Under the pieces are notes generated by a model, which worked only from the letters and a program-made list of their open reading frames with translations, had not been told where the DNA came from and did no database searches. Positions 10,673 through 20,426 of a stretch of DNA of 64,000 nucleotides are shown here, in pieces. Numbering within the stretch: the stretch's first letter is position 1; every line of letters starts with the position of its first letter. Made by a program: the position numbers and the translations under genes. The stretch lies in the NCBI GenBank assembly GCA_965213625.1, contig CBDBZU010000004.1, forward strand, positions 1,952,001 through 2,016,000, written 5' to 3'. Origin of the DNA: a bacterium (GTDB lineage: Bacteria > UBA8248).

Positions 10673-13614
10673 TGGTCGCCTCGATCGGAGCGGTGGCGAG
10701 CCCCTCGCAAGGTGCTAATTACTACGAGCGGGATGGCTACTACGCGAAGGACTCGGCAGAGCACCTTGCCTCAAGCGCCTGGGCCGGCAAGGGCGCCGAA
10801 GCCCTGGGGCTCGAGGGACCGGTCGACCCGGACTTGTTCCGGGCGGTGCTCGAGGGCTGTGTGCCCGACGGCTCAGGGCGGCGTCTCGGCCGAAGGACCC
10901 GGGAGGGAGGGATTCACCACCGGCCCGGGCGCGACATCACCTTCTCGGCACCCAAGTCCGTGTCCCTGGTCGCGCTCATCGGCGGGGACGCGCGCGTCGT
11001 CGACGCCCACGACCGCGCCGTCACGAGGGCGCTCGACTGGTTCGAGCGAAACGCCGCCGAGACGAGGATGAAGGACCCTGAGACGGGACGTATAGTCCGG
11101 GCCGGCGGCCAGAAGGCCGTGATCGCGACGTTCCGCCACGAGACGTCGAGAAACCTCGACCCGGCGCTGCATACCCACTCTGTCATCGCCAACATGCTGC
11201 TCGGCGCGGAGGGCAAGTGGAGGACGATGGCGAACGAGCGCCTCTACGCGTCGAAGATGCTGCTGGGCGCGCTCTACCGGAGCGAACTCGCGGGTGAGCT
11301 AATGAGACTCGGGTACCGGATCGAGAAGACCCACGCCGACGGGCGGTTCGAGATCGGGGGCGTCTCGCGCGAAACCATCGAGGCGTTCTCCTCGCGCCGC
11401 ACGGAGATCGAGGCGGCGATGGAAAGCCGGGGCCACGGCGCCACGGCGGAGAACCAGCACCTCGCCCGGCGGGCGGCCCTGATGACCCGCGCGCACAAGC
11501 GCGACGTGGACAAGGAGGCGCTGCGTGGGATCTGGGCCAAACAGGCATCGGAACTCGGTCTTGACGCGAAAGCGCTCGTCGCCTCGGCCACCGAACGGGC
11601 GTTGCACGTCCCTGGGAAAGAGAGGGCACGGGAAGCGGGCAGGGACTTTTCGCCCGGGGCGGACCCCTCGAAGGAGGCCGTCGAGTGGGCGCTCGCCCAC
11701 CTCTCGGAGCGCGATGCGGTGTTCGCGAGGACGGATCTACTCGCCGCAACGCTCGCCCACGGCCCAGGCTCCGCATCCATCGGGGCCATCGAGCGGGTCG
11801 TCGAGGGCCTCAAGCGCGAGGGCCGCCTGTACGATGCGCCGGCGCTCAAGGGAGGCGGCGGGCTGACCACCGATCTGGCCGTGGCCCGCGAGCGCGAGAC
11901 GATCACACTCATGCGAATGGGTGCTGGCCGGGGCAAGGCGGCGATGCGCGGCTGGATGGTGGAGCGGCACCTGCGCAAGGGGCCGCTCACGGACGGTCAG
12001 AAACAGGCGGTGAAACTCATCTTATCGGAGAAGGACCGGACTGTCGGCGTGCAGGGCTACGCCGGTGTTGGCAAGACGCGGATGCTCGATCGCGCGCGAA
12101 CGATTGCCGCGAAGAAGAGCTGGCGCGTCATGGGACTCGCCCCATCGGCGTCCGCGGTACGCACGCTGGAGGCGGAATCGGGGATTAAGAGCGAGACTTT
12201 GCAGCGGTTCCTGGCGAGGAACGCAGGATTGGCCCAAGGCCGCCTCACGAAAGGGGCCGCCAGAAAGATGCACGCCGCCTTCGCGAAGACAGTGCTGGTG
12301 GTCGATGAGGGCTCGCTGGCGTCCACCGCCCAGGCCCGCGACCTGCTTGAAATCGCGAGCGTCCTGCGCATACCGAAGCTGGTACTCGTCGGAGACGCTA
12401 AACAACTCGAAGCCGTAGACGCCGGTAAACCATTCGCCCAGTTCCAGGCCGCGGGTATGAAGACCGCGGTGATGGACGAAATACTGCGCCAGCGCGCCCC
12501 CGATCTCAAGGCTGCGGTCGAGGCCACTCTCGCGGGCGAGATCGGGCGCGCATTTCAAAAACTGGGAGACAACGTCGCAGAAGTAAACCCTAAAAACATC
12601 GCAGGCGCCGTGGCGGCAAGGTGGCTGAAACTCTCCCCCGACATGCGCGAGCGCACCGGGGTGATGTCGCCTGGCCATGAACTGCGCGAGGCGATCAACG
12701 CCCACATCCGTGAACGCCTGGTGCGCGAGGGCCGCATCGCGGGTCCGGCGCTCCTGACGAAGCGGCTGGTGTCTAAGGGCTACACGAACGCCGAGAAGGC
12801 GCTCGCGGCCAACTACGCGCCCGGCGACGTGGTCGCCTTCCACCGATCCTACAAGAGGCTCGGCGTCGAAAAGGGCGAGGAGCGGCGCGTTCTGGGCGTG
12901 GATCGCGAGCGTGGAACCGTCCGGCTCGAAGCCCCTGGCGGCTCGATTGTGGACTGGAAGCCGGCCCGGATCGGCGGAAGGCGGGGCGGGACCGAGGTCT
13001 ACCGCCCCGAAACCATCGAGCTTCGCGCCGGCGACCGGGTGCGCTGGACCCGGAACGACAAGGGTCTGGGACTCGTGAACAGCGCCACAGCGGAGGTTTT
13101 AGGGGTCCGCAACGGGCGGGTGACGTTCACCCTCGAGGAAGGCCGCAAGCTCGTCCTCACCCGGGGCGACCCGCAACTGCGCCATCTCGATCGCGCCTGG
13201 GCCTCGACCGTGCACGCCTTTCAGGGGCGCACGGTGGACAACGTCATCGCCGCGATGGAGGCGAACCACCCCCACCTGACCACGGCGAAAGCGTTTTACG
13301 TCGAGATATCGCGCGCCCGGGACAGGGCCGAACTCGTCACCGACGACGCGAAGGCGCTCAAGGAGCGGCTCGAAACCGTCACCGGCGAGCGCATCTCCGC
13401 ACTCGAAGGCATCGGGGAGACCGTCCAACCGGCACACGGACGTGAGCACGGGAAGGATGGGAAAGCGTCGCCGAGCCTCGTACAGCGGAGCGCGGAGGCA
13501 TCGACGCCACCTTCGCCGGAGAGAGAAATCAAGCCAAAACTCACACGCGACAGGATGCCGGAGCCCGGGCCGTCCGCGCGCGAGAAGCGCATCGATATGG
13601 ATTTGGGGCTCTGA
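10672..13614 (+). CDS. trwC: MOBF relaxase-helicase (TrwC/TraI family)
   Basis: N-terminal YY..DGYY, DITFSAPKSVS, HETSRNLDPALHTH (3H), Walker A QGYAGVGKT, VVDEGS, and HAFQGRT. Confidence 0.96.
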   Translation: MVASIGAVASPSQGANYYERDGYYAKDSAEHLASSAWAGKGAEALGLEGPVDPDLFRAVLEGCVPDGSGRRLGRRTREGGIHHRPGRDITFSAPKSVSLVALIGGDARVVDAHDRAVTRALDWFERNAAETRMKDPETGRIVRAGGQKAVIATFRHETSRNLDPALHTHSVIANMLLGAEGKWRTMANERLYASKMLLGALYRSELAGELMRLGYRIEKTHADGRFEIGGVSRETIEAFSSRRTEIEAAMESRGHGATAENQHLARRAALMTRAHKRDVDKEALRGIWAKQASELGLDAKALVASATERALHVPGKERAREAGRDFSPGADPSKEAVEWALAHLSERDAVFARTDLLAATLAHGPGSASIGAIERVVEGLKREGRLYDAPALKGGGGLTTDLAVARERETITLMRMGAGRGKAAMRGWMVERHLRKGPLTDGQKQAVKLILSEKDRTVGVQGYAGVGKTRMLDRARTIAAKKSWRVMGLAPSASAVRTLEAESGIKSETLQRFLARNAGLAQGRLTKGAARKMHAAFAKTVLVVDEGSLASTAQARDLLEIASVLRIPKLVLVGDAKQLEAVDAGKPFAQFQAAGMKTAVMDEILRQRAPDLKAAVEATLAGEIGRAFQKLGDNVAEVNPKNIAGAVAARWLKLSPDMRERTGVMSPGHELREAINAHIRERLVREGRIAGPALLTKRLVSKGYTNAEKALAANYAPGDVVAFHRSYKRLGVEKGEERRVLGVDRERGTVRLEAPGGSIVDWKPARIGGRRGGTEVYRPETIELRAGDRVRWTRNDKGLGLVNSATAEVLGVRNGRVTFTLEEGRKLVLTRGDPQLRHLDRAWASTVHAFQGRTVDNVIAAMEANHPHLTTAKAFYVEISRARDRAELVTDDAKALKERLETVTGERISALEGIGETVQPAHGREHGKDGKASPSLVQRSAEASTPPSPEREIKPKLTRDRMPEPGPSAREKRIDMDLGL

Positions 13615-13689
13615 GCATGGACATGCTTTGCCGCTGACAGGAGTTCGTAAGCCGGAGCCGCGTAAAAGCCGCTATGGAGGTCGATAGGT

Positions 13690-15033
13690 TCACGAGCGCA
13701 GGCGCCACCGCAACCGTCCGGCCTGGAAGGGCCGGGGTTTCTTTTCCCAGCGCTCCAAGCCGGCCAACCAGTAGCAGGCGTAACTGATCTGGTCGTTCTC
13801 GTCGGTCGTCGGTTCTGCCTTAACGGCGCGTTCGTGGATTCGGGGCCAGTCAGCCACGTATTCCCGAACGAACCAGCCCAGCGCGAGAAGCGCCGCACGC
13901 TCATCCCCGGTCAAATCGCGGAACATGTCCTGAAGGTCCACGTAGGACGGCAATCTGTCATACTCCGCGAGATCTTCAGCCGACCGGAATACAAACCTGT
14001 CGTGCTGATCCTCGGCTTTGTCCGCCTCACGCGCATCGACATCACTCTGCCAAGCCGTATAGGCGTCGTTCAATTTCTCGACCTTCGATCGGGAAATCGC
14101 GGGAGCCGGGTCGCGTCTCGCATCAGTCTCCATGATCCACTTTACGGTCAGCTCTCGTTCTTCGCGCAATCCGTCTAGGTCGTCGTCGTCGGGGCGCGGC
14201 TCCCTTATCGTCAGCGGCCACAACGGATATGGCCAGTGCCGTGCGATGAAACGTGCGTCCGATTCTTCGATGGCGCCGCAATGCTGTGCGAGACGGTTCA
14301 GCGTTTCGGCGATCAGGTGGTGCAATTCCCCGCGATCTGTGTGCGGCTCGGGCGCAAAGTCTCTCCAGACATGAGCGATTTCGGCGAGGCCGTCGGCCGA
14401 AACAGCGCCCGCTCGGGACAAGGATTGGACAAGCATGACACAATCTGACGTCATATATTACGACTGGGAATCGTACGGATTGGCCGGAGCAATCCAGAAG
14501 CACGCGCCTGCGCCGTCGGTCACATCCTGGACATAATCGACATAGAGGTCGCGTTCACGTTTCTCCGAAACCGCGTTCGGGAAGATCGAGTCGATCTCGT
14601 TCGGTCCGTCGAGATACCAAGGGCGGCACTCGCGCTCGACCAAGTCCGAGACTTCACCGAACGATGCGATCCTCGGATATTCGCATGCCATGGCATGGAT
14701 TCGCTTCGCAACATGGCCGTAGAAGCGGTCCAACACCTGCGATCTTTGTCCTGATTTCCTCGAACATCGAACATAGTCGATGAGGATCTGTACCTTTGCG
14801 GCCTCCTCCTCGGCGAAGCCACGCATGACCTCCGAAGCGCGGAACTCCCCGTCCCGGTATAGTCGCTGGGCGATTTCATCGAGGCTCGTCGCATTGTCGA
14901 CGATAAGCGGCATGCCCTCCGACAACGTCTCCAGGAGATCGATGTCGGAAAGCTGCTCCAGATTGCGTATTGCCCGTCTCACTCGATGCCTCCCATCCGA
15001 TACGATTGCGACGCGTATATCTTCTTTTACCAT
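13690..15033 (-). pseudogene. AbiV-family (HEPN) protein with DUF3775-like C-terminus, interrupted by one in-frame TAA
   Basis: FAEEEAAK...FYGHVAK...RERDLYVDY is AbiV-like. ORFs 14458-15045 and 13690-14454 share a frame (TCG TAA TAT ATG). LTGDERAALLALGW is DUF3775-like. Confidence 0.7.
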
Positions 15034-15085
15034 GGCTTGAAGCAATCCCTGACGAAGGGATAGGAGCTTCCGGCGACGGAGTTAC

Positions 15086-15472
15086 TCACGCAGTGCCTTC
15101 GTCCATGGTCTCTGCCATTGTTCTTCGGGCCGCGGCGATGAGGTCCTCGAGCTCTTTCCCGCGCCCGGCGTCGATCAATCGTCCCCGATCCAGGGTCGCC
15201 ATCACGTATACCATGCGGTAGACGGACTCAATGAGGGCGGCATGACCGTGTGACAGGGTGGCCTTTGGAGGCTCGTCGAGCAGTTCCTCGACGACGGCCA
15301 TCGCGCCGTTGCGGACGAGTTCACCGGCCGGGATGCCGTGCAACTCGGCGGCCCGTTGAACCAGACTCCACTCCTTACCGGTGAAGCGAATCGAGTGCGG
15401 CGCTCGCGGATCGCCCGGTTTTTCCGTCGGCTTATTGCCCTTTCGGGGCTGATTCGGATCGTTTCGCGTCAT
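15086..15472 (-). CDS. Ribbon-helix-helix relaxosome accessory protein (MobC/TrwA-like)
   Basis: PHSIRFTGKEWSLVQRAAELHGIPAGELVR RHH pattern; RBS GAGG; next to the oriT candidate. Confidence 0.65.
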   Translation of the reverse strand: MTRNDPNQPRKGNKPTEKPGDPRAPHSIRFTGKEWSLVQRAAELHGIPAGELVRNGAMAVVEELLDEPPKATLSHGHAALIESVYRMVYVMATLDRGRLIDAGRGKELEDLIAAARRTMAETMDEGTA

Positions 15473-15699
15473 CTTTTTCACTTCCTCAGGACAAGATCGG
15501 GTGGCGATACGGACCGCATCGATCGCATAACCGGGCTCTGACACGGTTCGTTTGAGGTGAAAACACGGGCGTATGCGGGGCCGTAGAGGCTTGATTGAAC
15601 GTCCCGCCTTCAGGGTCTTGCAGCCATTCGCGAGGAGTGCTCCGCATAGGTGGTGGCCCTTGCGCAGCGCGAAAAAGCCGGAATCGGGAGCATTCGAAC

Positions 15700-15830
15700 G
15701 CATTGCGCATCGTAATACGTCGTATTACGATGCGCCACCAATTACTACCAAACTGGTATCCATGCACGACATGCGCAGCCATGCGCCCTCGGGGATGAGA
15801 AAGATTGCGTATGCTATGAGCATACATGTT
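15700..15830 (+). other. Candidate oriT
   Basis: Perfect 15-bp inverted repeat GCGCATCGTAATACG-T-CGTATTACGATGCGC (15705-15735); TGCGTATGCTATGAGC (15806-15821) resembles the R388 nic region TGCGTATTGTCT^ATAGC. Confidence 0.55.
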
Positions 15831-16177
15831 ATCCGCCATGCGCCTGGCGCCCCGTGTCGTCCACAGGAGACGGGATAGCAACCAGGTCGTCGTATGCCGG
15901 AGCCTTGCAGCCCGCTGCGTTCCGGTGTGTAACCCGAAGCGCCGAAGGGCGTCAGATGGTCGAGTTCGTGAGAACAGACGATGGGGGAATCTTGCCGGCG
16001 ATAATGGCGAGCGGGAGCCGCCGCGGCGATTGAGCGTTAGGAGCAATGCGGGGAGATGTTCCTGCGGCAAGACCAGCGGAGTCTTCATCGTTGCCGGCGC
16101 AAGCGTTGCTCGACGAGACGCAACGGGCCGCGACGCCACCGGGCGGGGTGGCGACGCGACCGGTCAGGTGCTTCACA

Positions 16178-17131
16178 TCAGGCGGCCACGCGTTGCACGG
16201 GTATGCCGAGGGTTTTAGCCTTGTCGACGAGGTTGTCGGTGATGCCCGAGCCGGGGAACGCGATCACGCCCTTGGGCAGGAGTGCCAGGAGTTCGTCGTT
16301 GCGCCGGAATGGAGCGGCCCGTCCGTGGGCATCCCAATCCGGCTTGCAGACGACCTGGTGGACGCCGTTTCTCTCGGCCCATCCCGCCGCTATCTTCTCC
16401 GCACCGGGGCCGCCGCCGTGGACGAGAACGACGTCGGCGTACTTGGCCTTAACCTTGTCGAGGTGGCCGATGATTTTACCCGCATCGTTCGCCTCCTTGC
16501 CTCCCGCGACGGCGACGAGGGTTCCCTGGGGAAGATGAGCCGTGTTCTCGCGGTCCTTTCTGGCACGCTGGAAGTCGCGCGCCTCGATCACGGCGGAGGT
16601 CAGTTTGCCGGTCTGCGAGACGTGTGATCCTCGCCTCGGCCGCCATACCTCGCCGGTCTCGATGCGGTAGGCCTCTGCGGCCGTGTCGCGCAACCCTTCG
16701 AAGGCGTCGCGGCGTTCCGTGAGGTTGTTGGCCCGGTCGGTCTTGAGTTCGAGTTCGCGGGAGCGGATCTCGGAGCCGTCCTGCTCGCGCTGCAGTTCGC
16801 GGATGCCGGGGATGAGTTTTTCGGCGGCGCGGTCGAGCCTCTGGGTCTGGGCGTCGAGGGTGTTGACGAATCCCCACAGGAGGTTTCTTCGCTCATCGGC
16901 GAGTTGCGTGCCGTCGGGCGCTGCTTCCGCGAGTGCGCCGAAGGCCTTGATGACGGCGGCGGTGGCCTCGCCCTCGTCCCACACGGGGCGGTTGTCGAAC
17001 TCATCCGGCCCAGGTGTTGCGCCGAACAGGGCGGCCTGCTCGCAGACCATGGCGGTGAATGATTCATTCTGCGCTTCGTGTTCCGTGTGCTCGTTCATGT
17101 TCATCTCCTTGTGGTCGTGTATAGCGGTCAT
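16178..17131 (-). CDS. DUF2493 / YspA-like SLOG domain protein
   Basis: VAVAGG, LVHGGGPGAEKIAAGWA, PDWDAHGRAAPFRRND and FPGSGITDNL motifs. Confidence 0.85.
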   Translation of the reverse strand: MTAIHDHKEMNMNEHTEHEAQNESFTAMVCEQAALFGATPGPDEFDNRPVWDEGEATAAVIKAFGALAEAAPDGTQLADERRNLLWGFVNTLDAQTQRLDRAAEKLIPGIRELQREQDGSEIRSRELELKTDRANNLTERRDAFEGLRDTAAEAYRIETGEVWRPRRGSHVSQTGKLTSAVIEARDFQRARKDRENTAHLPQGTLVAVAGGKEANDAGKIIGHLDKVKAKYADVVLVHGGGPGAEKIAAGWAERNGVHQVVCKPDWDAHGRAAPFRRNDELLALLPKGVIAFPGSGITDNLVDKAKTLGIPVQRVAA

Positions 17132-17152
17132 CGTTCGCTCCTTTGGTAGTCC

Positions 17153-17524
17153 TCAAGCGAGGGGATGGTTGAATTCGGGAAGAGCGTAGCCACGCTCGTT
17201 GCGCCCCACTTCCCTGGGCATCTCGTCGAGATACCTTGCTGCCCACTCGGCGGCGCGCGCGAGGACGTCGCCGTGGCACGGGAGGGGATGGCAGTGGCAG
17301 CCGAGCTCGCAGCCCTGGAGGTCGGCGAGTTCGTAGAGGTCCAGTTCCTCCTGTCGGATTTTTCTCCACAGCCATCGCCGGTATTTCTCGATGACGTCGT
17401 CGCGGTCGCCGTCGGTGCCGAGCCGGAAGGGGTTTCCCCACTTCGTCATGCGGTCGATCCTCACCAGCAAGCCACTGCCGTTTTCTGCGACATAGTCGTT
17501 CAGGTTCACCACGGTGGTTTCCAT
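17153..17524 (-). CDS. DUF4326 domain protein
   Basis: RIDRMTKWGNPF...VIEKYRRWL...LGCHCHPLPCHGDVL; RBS AAGGAG. Confidence 0.85.
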   Translation of the reverse strand: METTVVNLNDYVAENGSGLLVRIDRMTKWGNPFRLGTDGDRDDVIEKYRRWLWRKIRQEELDLYELADLQGCELGCHCHPLPCHGDVLARAAEWAARYLDEMPREVGRNERGYALPEFNHPLA

Positions 17525-17561
17525 GCCTTACTCCTTTCCAGAGAGTTAACGGATGCGCTTT

Positions 17562-17750
17562 TTAGCGCCTCATTTTCAGCACGTGCTAGGCGTGGGTGTC
17601 AGGGGCGGTTTTCAGTCTTTTTTTCACCCGGAGGGCGCGTAGCGGAAAAAATCCATGCTTCACCGATTTTTTCTGAAAAAAAGATGCTTTTGCGTTATTT
17701 GCAAAAGCACCCTTGACCCCGCGCCGTTCGTGCTAAAATGAGGACGCTAA
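17562..17750. promoter_or_regulatory. Frpo-like single-stranded DNA promoter hairpin
   Basis: ~45-nt imperfect arms 17562-17606 and 17708-17750 pair; the right arm carries TTGACC (17713) and TGcTAAAAT (17731-17739); three internal stems. Confidence 0.7.
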
Positions 17751-18081
17751 GAGAGAGACATCAGTACCGCCACCGGGACACAAGAGTTTTTGGGTGTTTC
17801 ACGATGAAGGCGAAGCTCATCGGGAAACATCCCTTCATGCTGCGGAAAGGGTCATTCCGGGCCGTTATTCGGCCCGGAATTCCCGCAGCGGGGGGTAGAC
17901 TGAGCCACTGTCTTGAATACGGGATGATTGCAGGCGCAAGTCGATCTTCCGTGAACACGGTTTACCGTTCACGGAATAGGAGATTCTTCAGGAGTTCCCG
18001 GTAGACGAGAGAAGCCTACAGGGCGGGAAAGGCGCGGGAGAGGGTGTTCGGGGCATAATGGGCCTCCTCGGGATCCGGAGC

Positions 18082-18118
18082 AAAAAAGAAGGGGGTCAGC
18101 GCGTGGCGCCGACCCCCC
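18082..18118 (-). terminator. Intrinsic terminator after ssb
   Basis: GGGGGTCGGCGC-CAC-GCGCTGACCCCC followed by TTCTTTTTT on the minus strand. Confidence 0.7.
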
Positions 18119-18125
18119 GAGGTGA

Positions 18126-18566
18126 TCAGAATGGAATCTCCTGCCCGGCTACGCCCGCGCTCACCGCCACGTCGGCCGTCTCGGGGTGTGCGTCGTTACC
18201 GTTGCCATTGCCGTTCATCTTCTCCAAAAACTGCACCCGCCCGCCAGGAGCGATGAGGATCTCGGTCGAGAACCGGTCCGAGTCTTCCTCCTCCTTCTTC
18301 CAGCGGCGGGTCTGGAGCTTGCCCGCGACGTAGACCAGGCGTCCCTTCTTCGCGTGCTTCTCGAACATGTCCACCAGGCCGGGCTGGAAGGTGACGACCC
18401 GGTGCCACTCCGTCTTGTCGATGCGGTCACCGGATTGTCGGTCCACGTAGCCCTCATCGGTCGCAATGGATAGATTCGCGACACGCCCCCCGCTCGCGAG
18501 ATGGTTGATGGTGACGTCGGCGCCGAGACGCCCGATCAGTTCCGCACGGTTCAGTCCGAATGCCAT
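18126..18566 (-). CDS. ssb: Single-stranded DNA-binding protein
   Basis: LNRAELIGRLGAD, TEWHRVV, KGRLVYVAGKLQTRRW and C-terminal EIPF. Confidence 0.95.
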   Translation of the reverse strand: MAFGLNRAELIGRLGADVTINHLASGGRVANLSIATDEGYVDRQSGDRIDKTEWHRVVTFQPGLVDMFEKHAKKGRLVYVAGKLQTRRWKKEEEDSDRFSTEILIAPGGRVQFLEKMNGNGNGNDAHPETADVAVSAGVAGQEIPF

Positions 18567-18643
18567 TGTAGTACTCCTTCGTGGTGAGAGTGTGAAAAAG
18601 TGACGGGAGGTAGAGAGCCTTTCTCTCCACTCCTCCGGTTCGC

Positions 18644-18778
18644 CTACACGCTACAGAACTCCTCCGCCTCGCCTTGCGCCTCGTCGCGCAGCTTGCTGAT
18701 CGTGTACGCGTCGAGTCCGAGTTCTGCGAGCAACTCATCCGCGGTGGGAACGTCGACGTCGTAGTCGTTCTCGTACAT
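18644..18778 (-). CDS. Small acidic protein, 44 aa (not in the ORF track)
   Basis: GAGGAGG RBS then MYENDYDVDVPTADELLAELGLDAYTISKLRDEAQGEAEEFCSV*; co-oriented with ssb. Confidence 0.65.
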   Translation of the reverse strand: MYENDYDVDVPTADELLAELGLDAYTISKLRDEAQGEAEEFCSV

Positions 18779-18980
18779 GGCCGTGCCTCCTCTCGGGTTG
18801 TCGCCGGCGGCGGGAGCTGGAGACCGTCTCCCTCTCCCCTGCCGGGCCTTTGCCCGGCTCCCCGCTTCCCTTTCACTCTCGAGAGGAGGTCCTCACCCGG
18901 CGGGAACCACTTGCGGAGGGCGCTTGCCATTGCCGCGGATTCGTGGCAGACAGCGCGCGGAGGTGAGGAAGGGAGGAGGT

Positions 18981-19430
18981 ATGGAACGACTCAAGCTCTG
19001 GTTGCCGGCGCTGCTGTGGCTGCCGGCGGGGATTATGGCGGAAGAGGTTTTGCGCGCGGGGTCCATGGAGGGTGTGAATACGCCGCTCGCCGTCCTGGAG
19101 TTGCTGCCCGCCGCTCCGTGCGGCATCCCGCTCGCGCTCGCCTGTAAGCGTCTCGCCCTCTCGGGCTATCCGGGTCCCGCCCTGTTGGCGTGGGTCTCGC
19201 TCGGCGCCGTCTCAGTCGCGGGCTTTTTCGGTCCGCTCCCTGTGGGCGTCCAGGCGATCCTGGTCTCTCTGCCGGTCTGGCTGGCGGCCTGGCGCATTGA
19301 GCGAAGGTCCCGCCGCCCGGGACTCGCCTTGCCTCGGGAATGGCGCGGGCGTTCGCCCGGCAGGTTCCTCCTCCGGGCGGTGAATGACCTGGAAGCCCCC
19401 CGCCGAAAACGCTTCCGGCAGACGCCCTGA
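18981..19430 (+). CDS. Hypothetical membrane protein
   Basis: RBS GGAGGAGGT before ATG 18981; several hydrophobic segments. Confidence 0.6.
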   Translation: MERLKLWLPALLWLPAGIMAEEVLRAGSMEGVNTPLAVLELLPAAPCGIPLALACKRLALSGYPGPALLAWVSLGAVSVAGFFGPLPVGVQAILVSLPVWLAAWRIERRSRRPGLALPREWRGRSPGRFLLRAVNDLEAPRRKRFRQTP

Positions 19431-19531
19431 GGTCGACGGGCCGGCGGCGCAGCAGGGCGGCGCCGAACCCTCCCCCCTCCGTCGTCGGCCCGACGGCGGT
19501 ACGTGCCCCGCCGCGATGGCTCAGGCGACGC

Positions 19532-20341
19532 TCACCACCCGGCGAGCCTGGAGATCGCGGGCGCGTCCTCGATGACCTCCACTTCCTCCCGGGAGAGCCT
19601 CTTGAAGGCGAGGCACATCGCCACCTCCTCCCAGGAGTCGAGGGGTCCGTGCTCTGCGCCCGTATTGAGTTCCACCACGGTGAACCGCGCCGGAAAGACC
19701 GGCATCCCCCTGTGCTCGCCGGAGGAGTGGTATGATCGTCGTGCGCACGGTGCGCACCTCGATGCTCCTTGTGTGTCGGATGAGCAGTCCACGCAGATCT
19801 CGCGGGCGCGTCTTTCGCGATAGCGCGCCCGGCTCGCGGCGTTCTTCCGCGGTCGGCGTTTCACGTCCCTTGCGGCGCACGAGGCGCACGTCGAAGCCCC
19901 CGCGAGGACCTCTCCTCCGCATCTTCGGCAAAGTCCCCCGGCGCGCCTTTTTTCATAAAGCTTCTTCTCCGCCGCGCGGCGCGAATCCTTGCAATTTTCG
20001 CAGACGGTGGCGCCCTCGGCGGGTTCTCGTTCGCCGCAAGTCGTGCAGAGCCCGGCTTCGAGACGATCGTCCCGGCGCTTCCTCGCCCTCACACGCGCCA
20101 TGCGGCGGCGGCTCTCTGGAGAGCGTCCTCCGTATCGAGCCCCCTCTCCCCGGGCTTTGGCGTACCGGGCGCGTTCGGCGGCCCGGTTTCTCGCGAGGCA
20201 GGATTCGCAGTGGCTTCGCCCGGGTGCGGGATAATCCCGGCCGCATTTTGGACATAAATTCCGCGCGCGGCGTTCGTCCGCTCTCCGCCTGTGGCGTTTG
20301 CGATCATAAGCGCGTCGCTTCTCCGGGTCCTTATGGGGCAT
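19532..20341 (-). CDS. Arg-rich protein with four CxxC...CxxC zinc-ribbon repeats
   Basis: CPKC..CESC, CTTC..CENC, CRRC..CASC and CVDC..CAPC separated by basic helices; RBS AGGAGG. Confidence 0.75.
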   Translation of the reverse strand: MPHKDPEKRRAYDRKRHRRRADERRARNLCPKCGRDYPAPGRSHCESCLARNRAAERARYAKARGEGARYGGRSPESRRRMARVRARKRRDDRLEAGLCTTCGEREPAEGATVCENCKDSRRAAEKKLYEKRRAGGLCRRCGGEVLAGASTCASCAARDVKRRPRKNAASRARYRERRAREICVDCSSDTQGASRCAPCARRSYHSSGEHRGMPVFPARFTVVELNTGAEHGPLDSWEEVAMCLAFKRLSREEVEVIEDAPAISRLAGW

Positions 20342-20426
20342 GGTTTCCCTCCTTTTGGCGACTGGAGTCCGCACGGACGGCAGTGGCGAGATGTCTTGCG
20401 GGCGGAAATGCTTCCCAGGAGGGACT

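Noticed and set aside
499-14460. Stop-codon reassignment suggested by three in-frame TAA/TAG codons
   Set aside because: TAA and TAG end many intact genes normally here (abiEii, nth neighbours, ino1), so point mutation or error is simpler.
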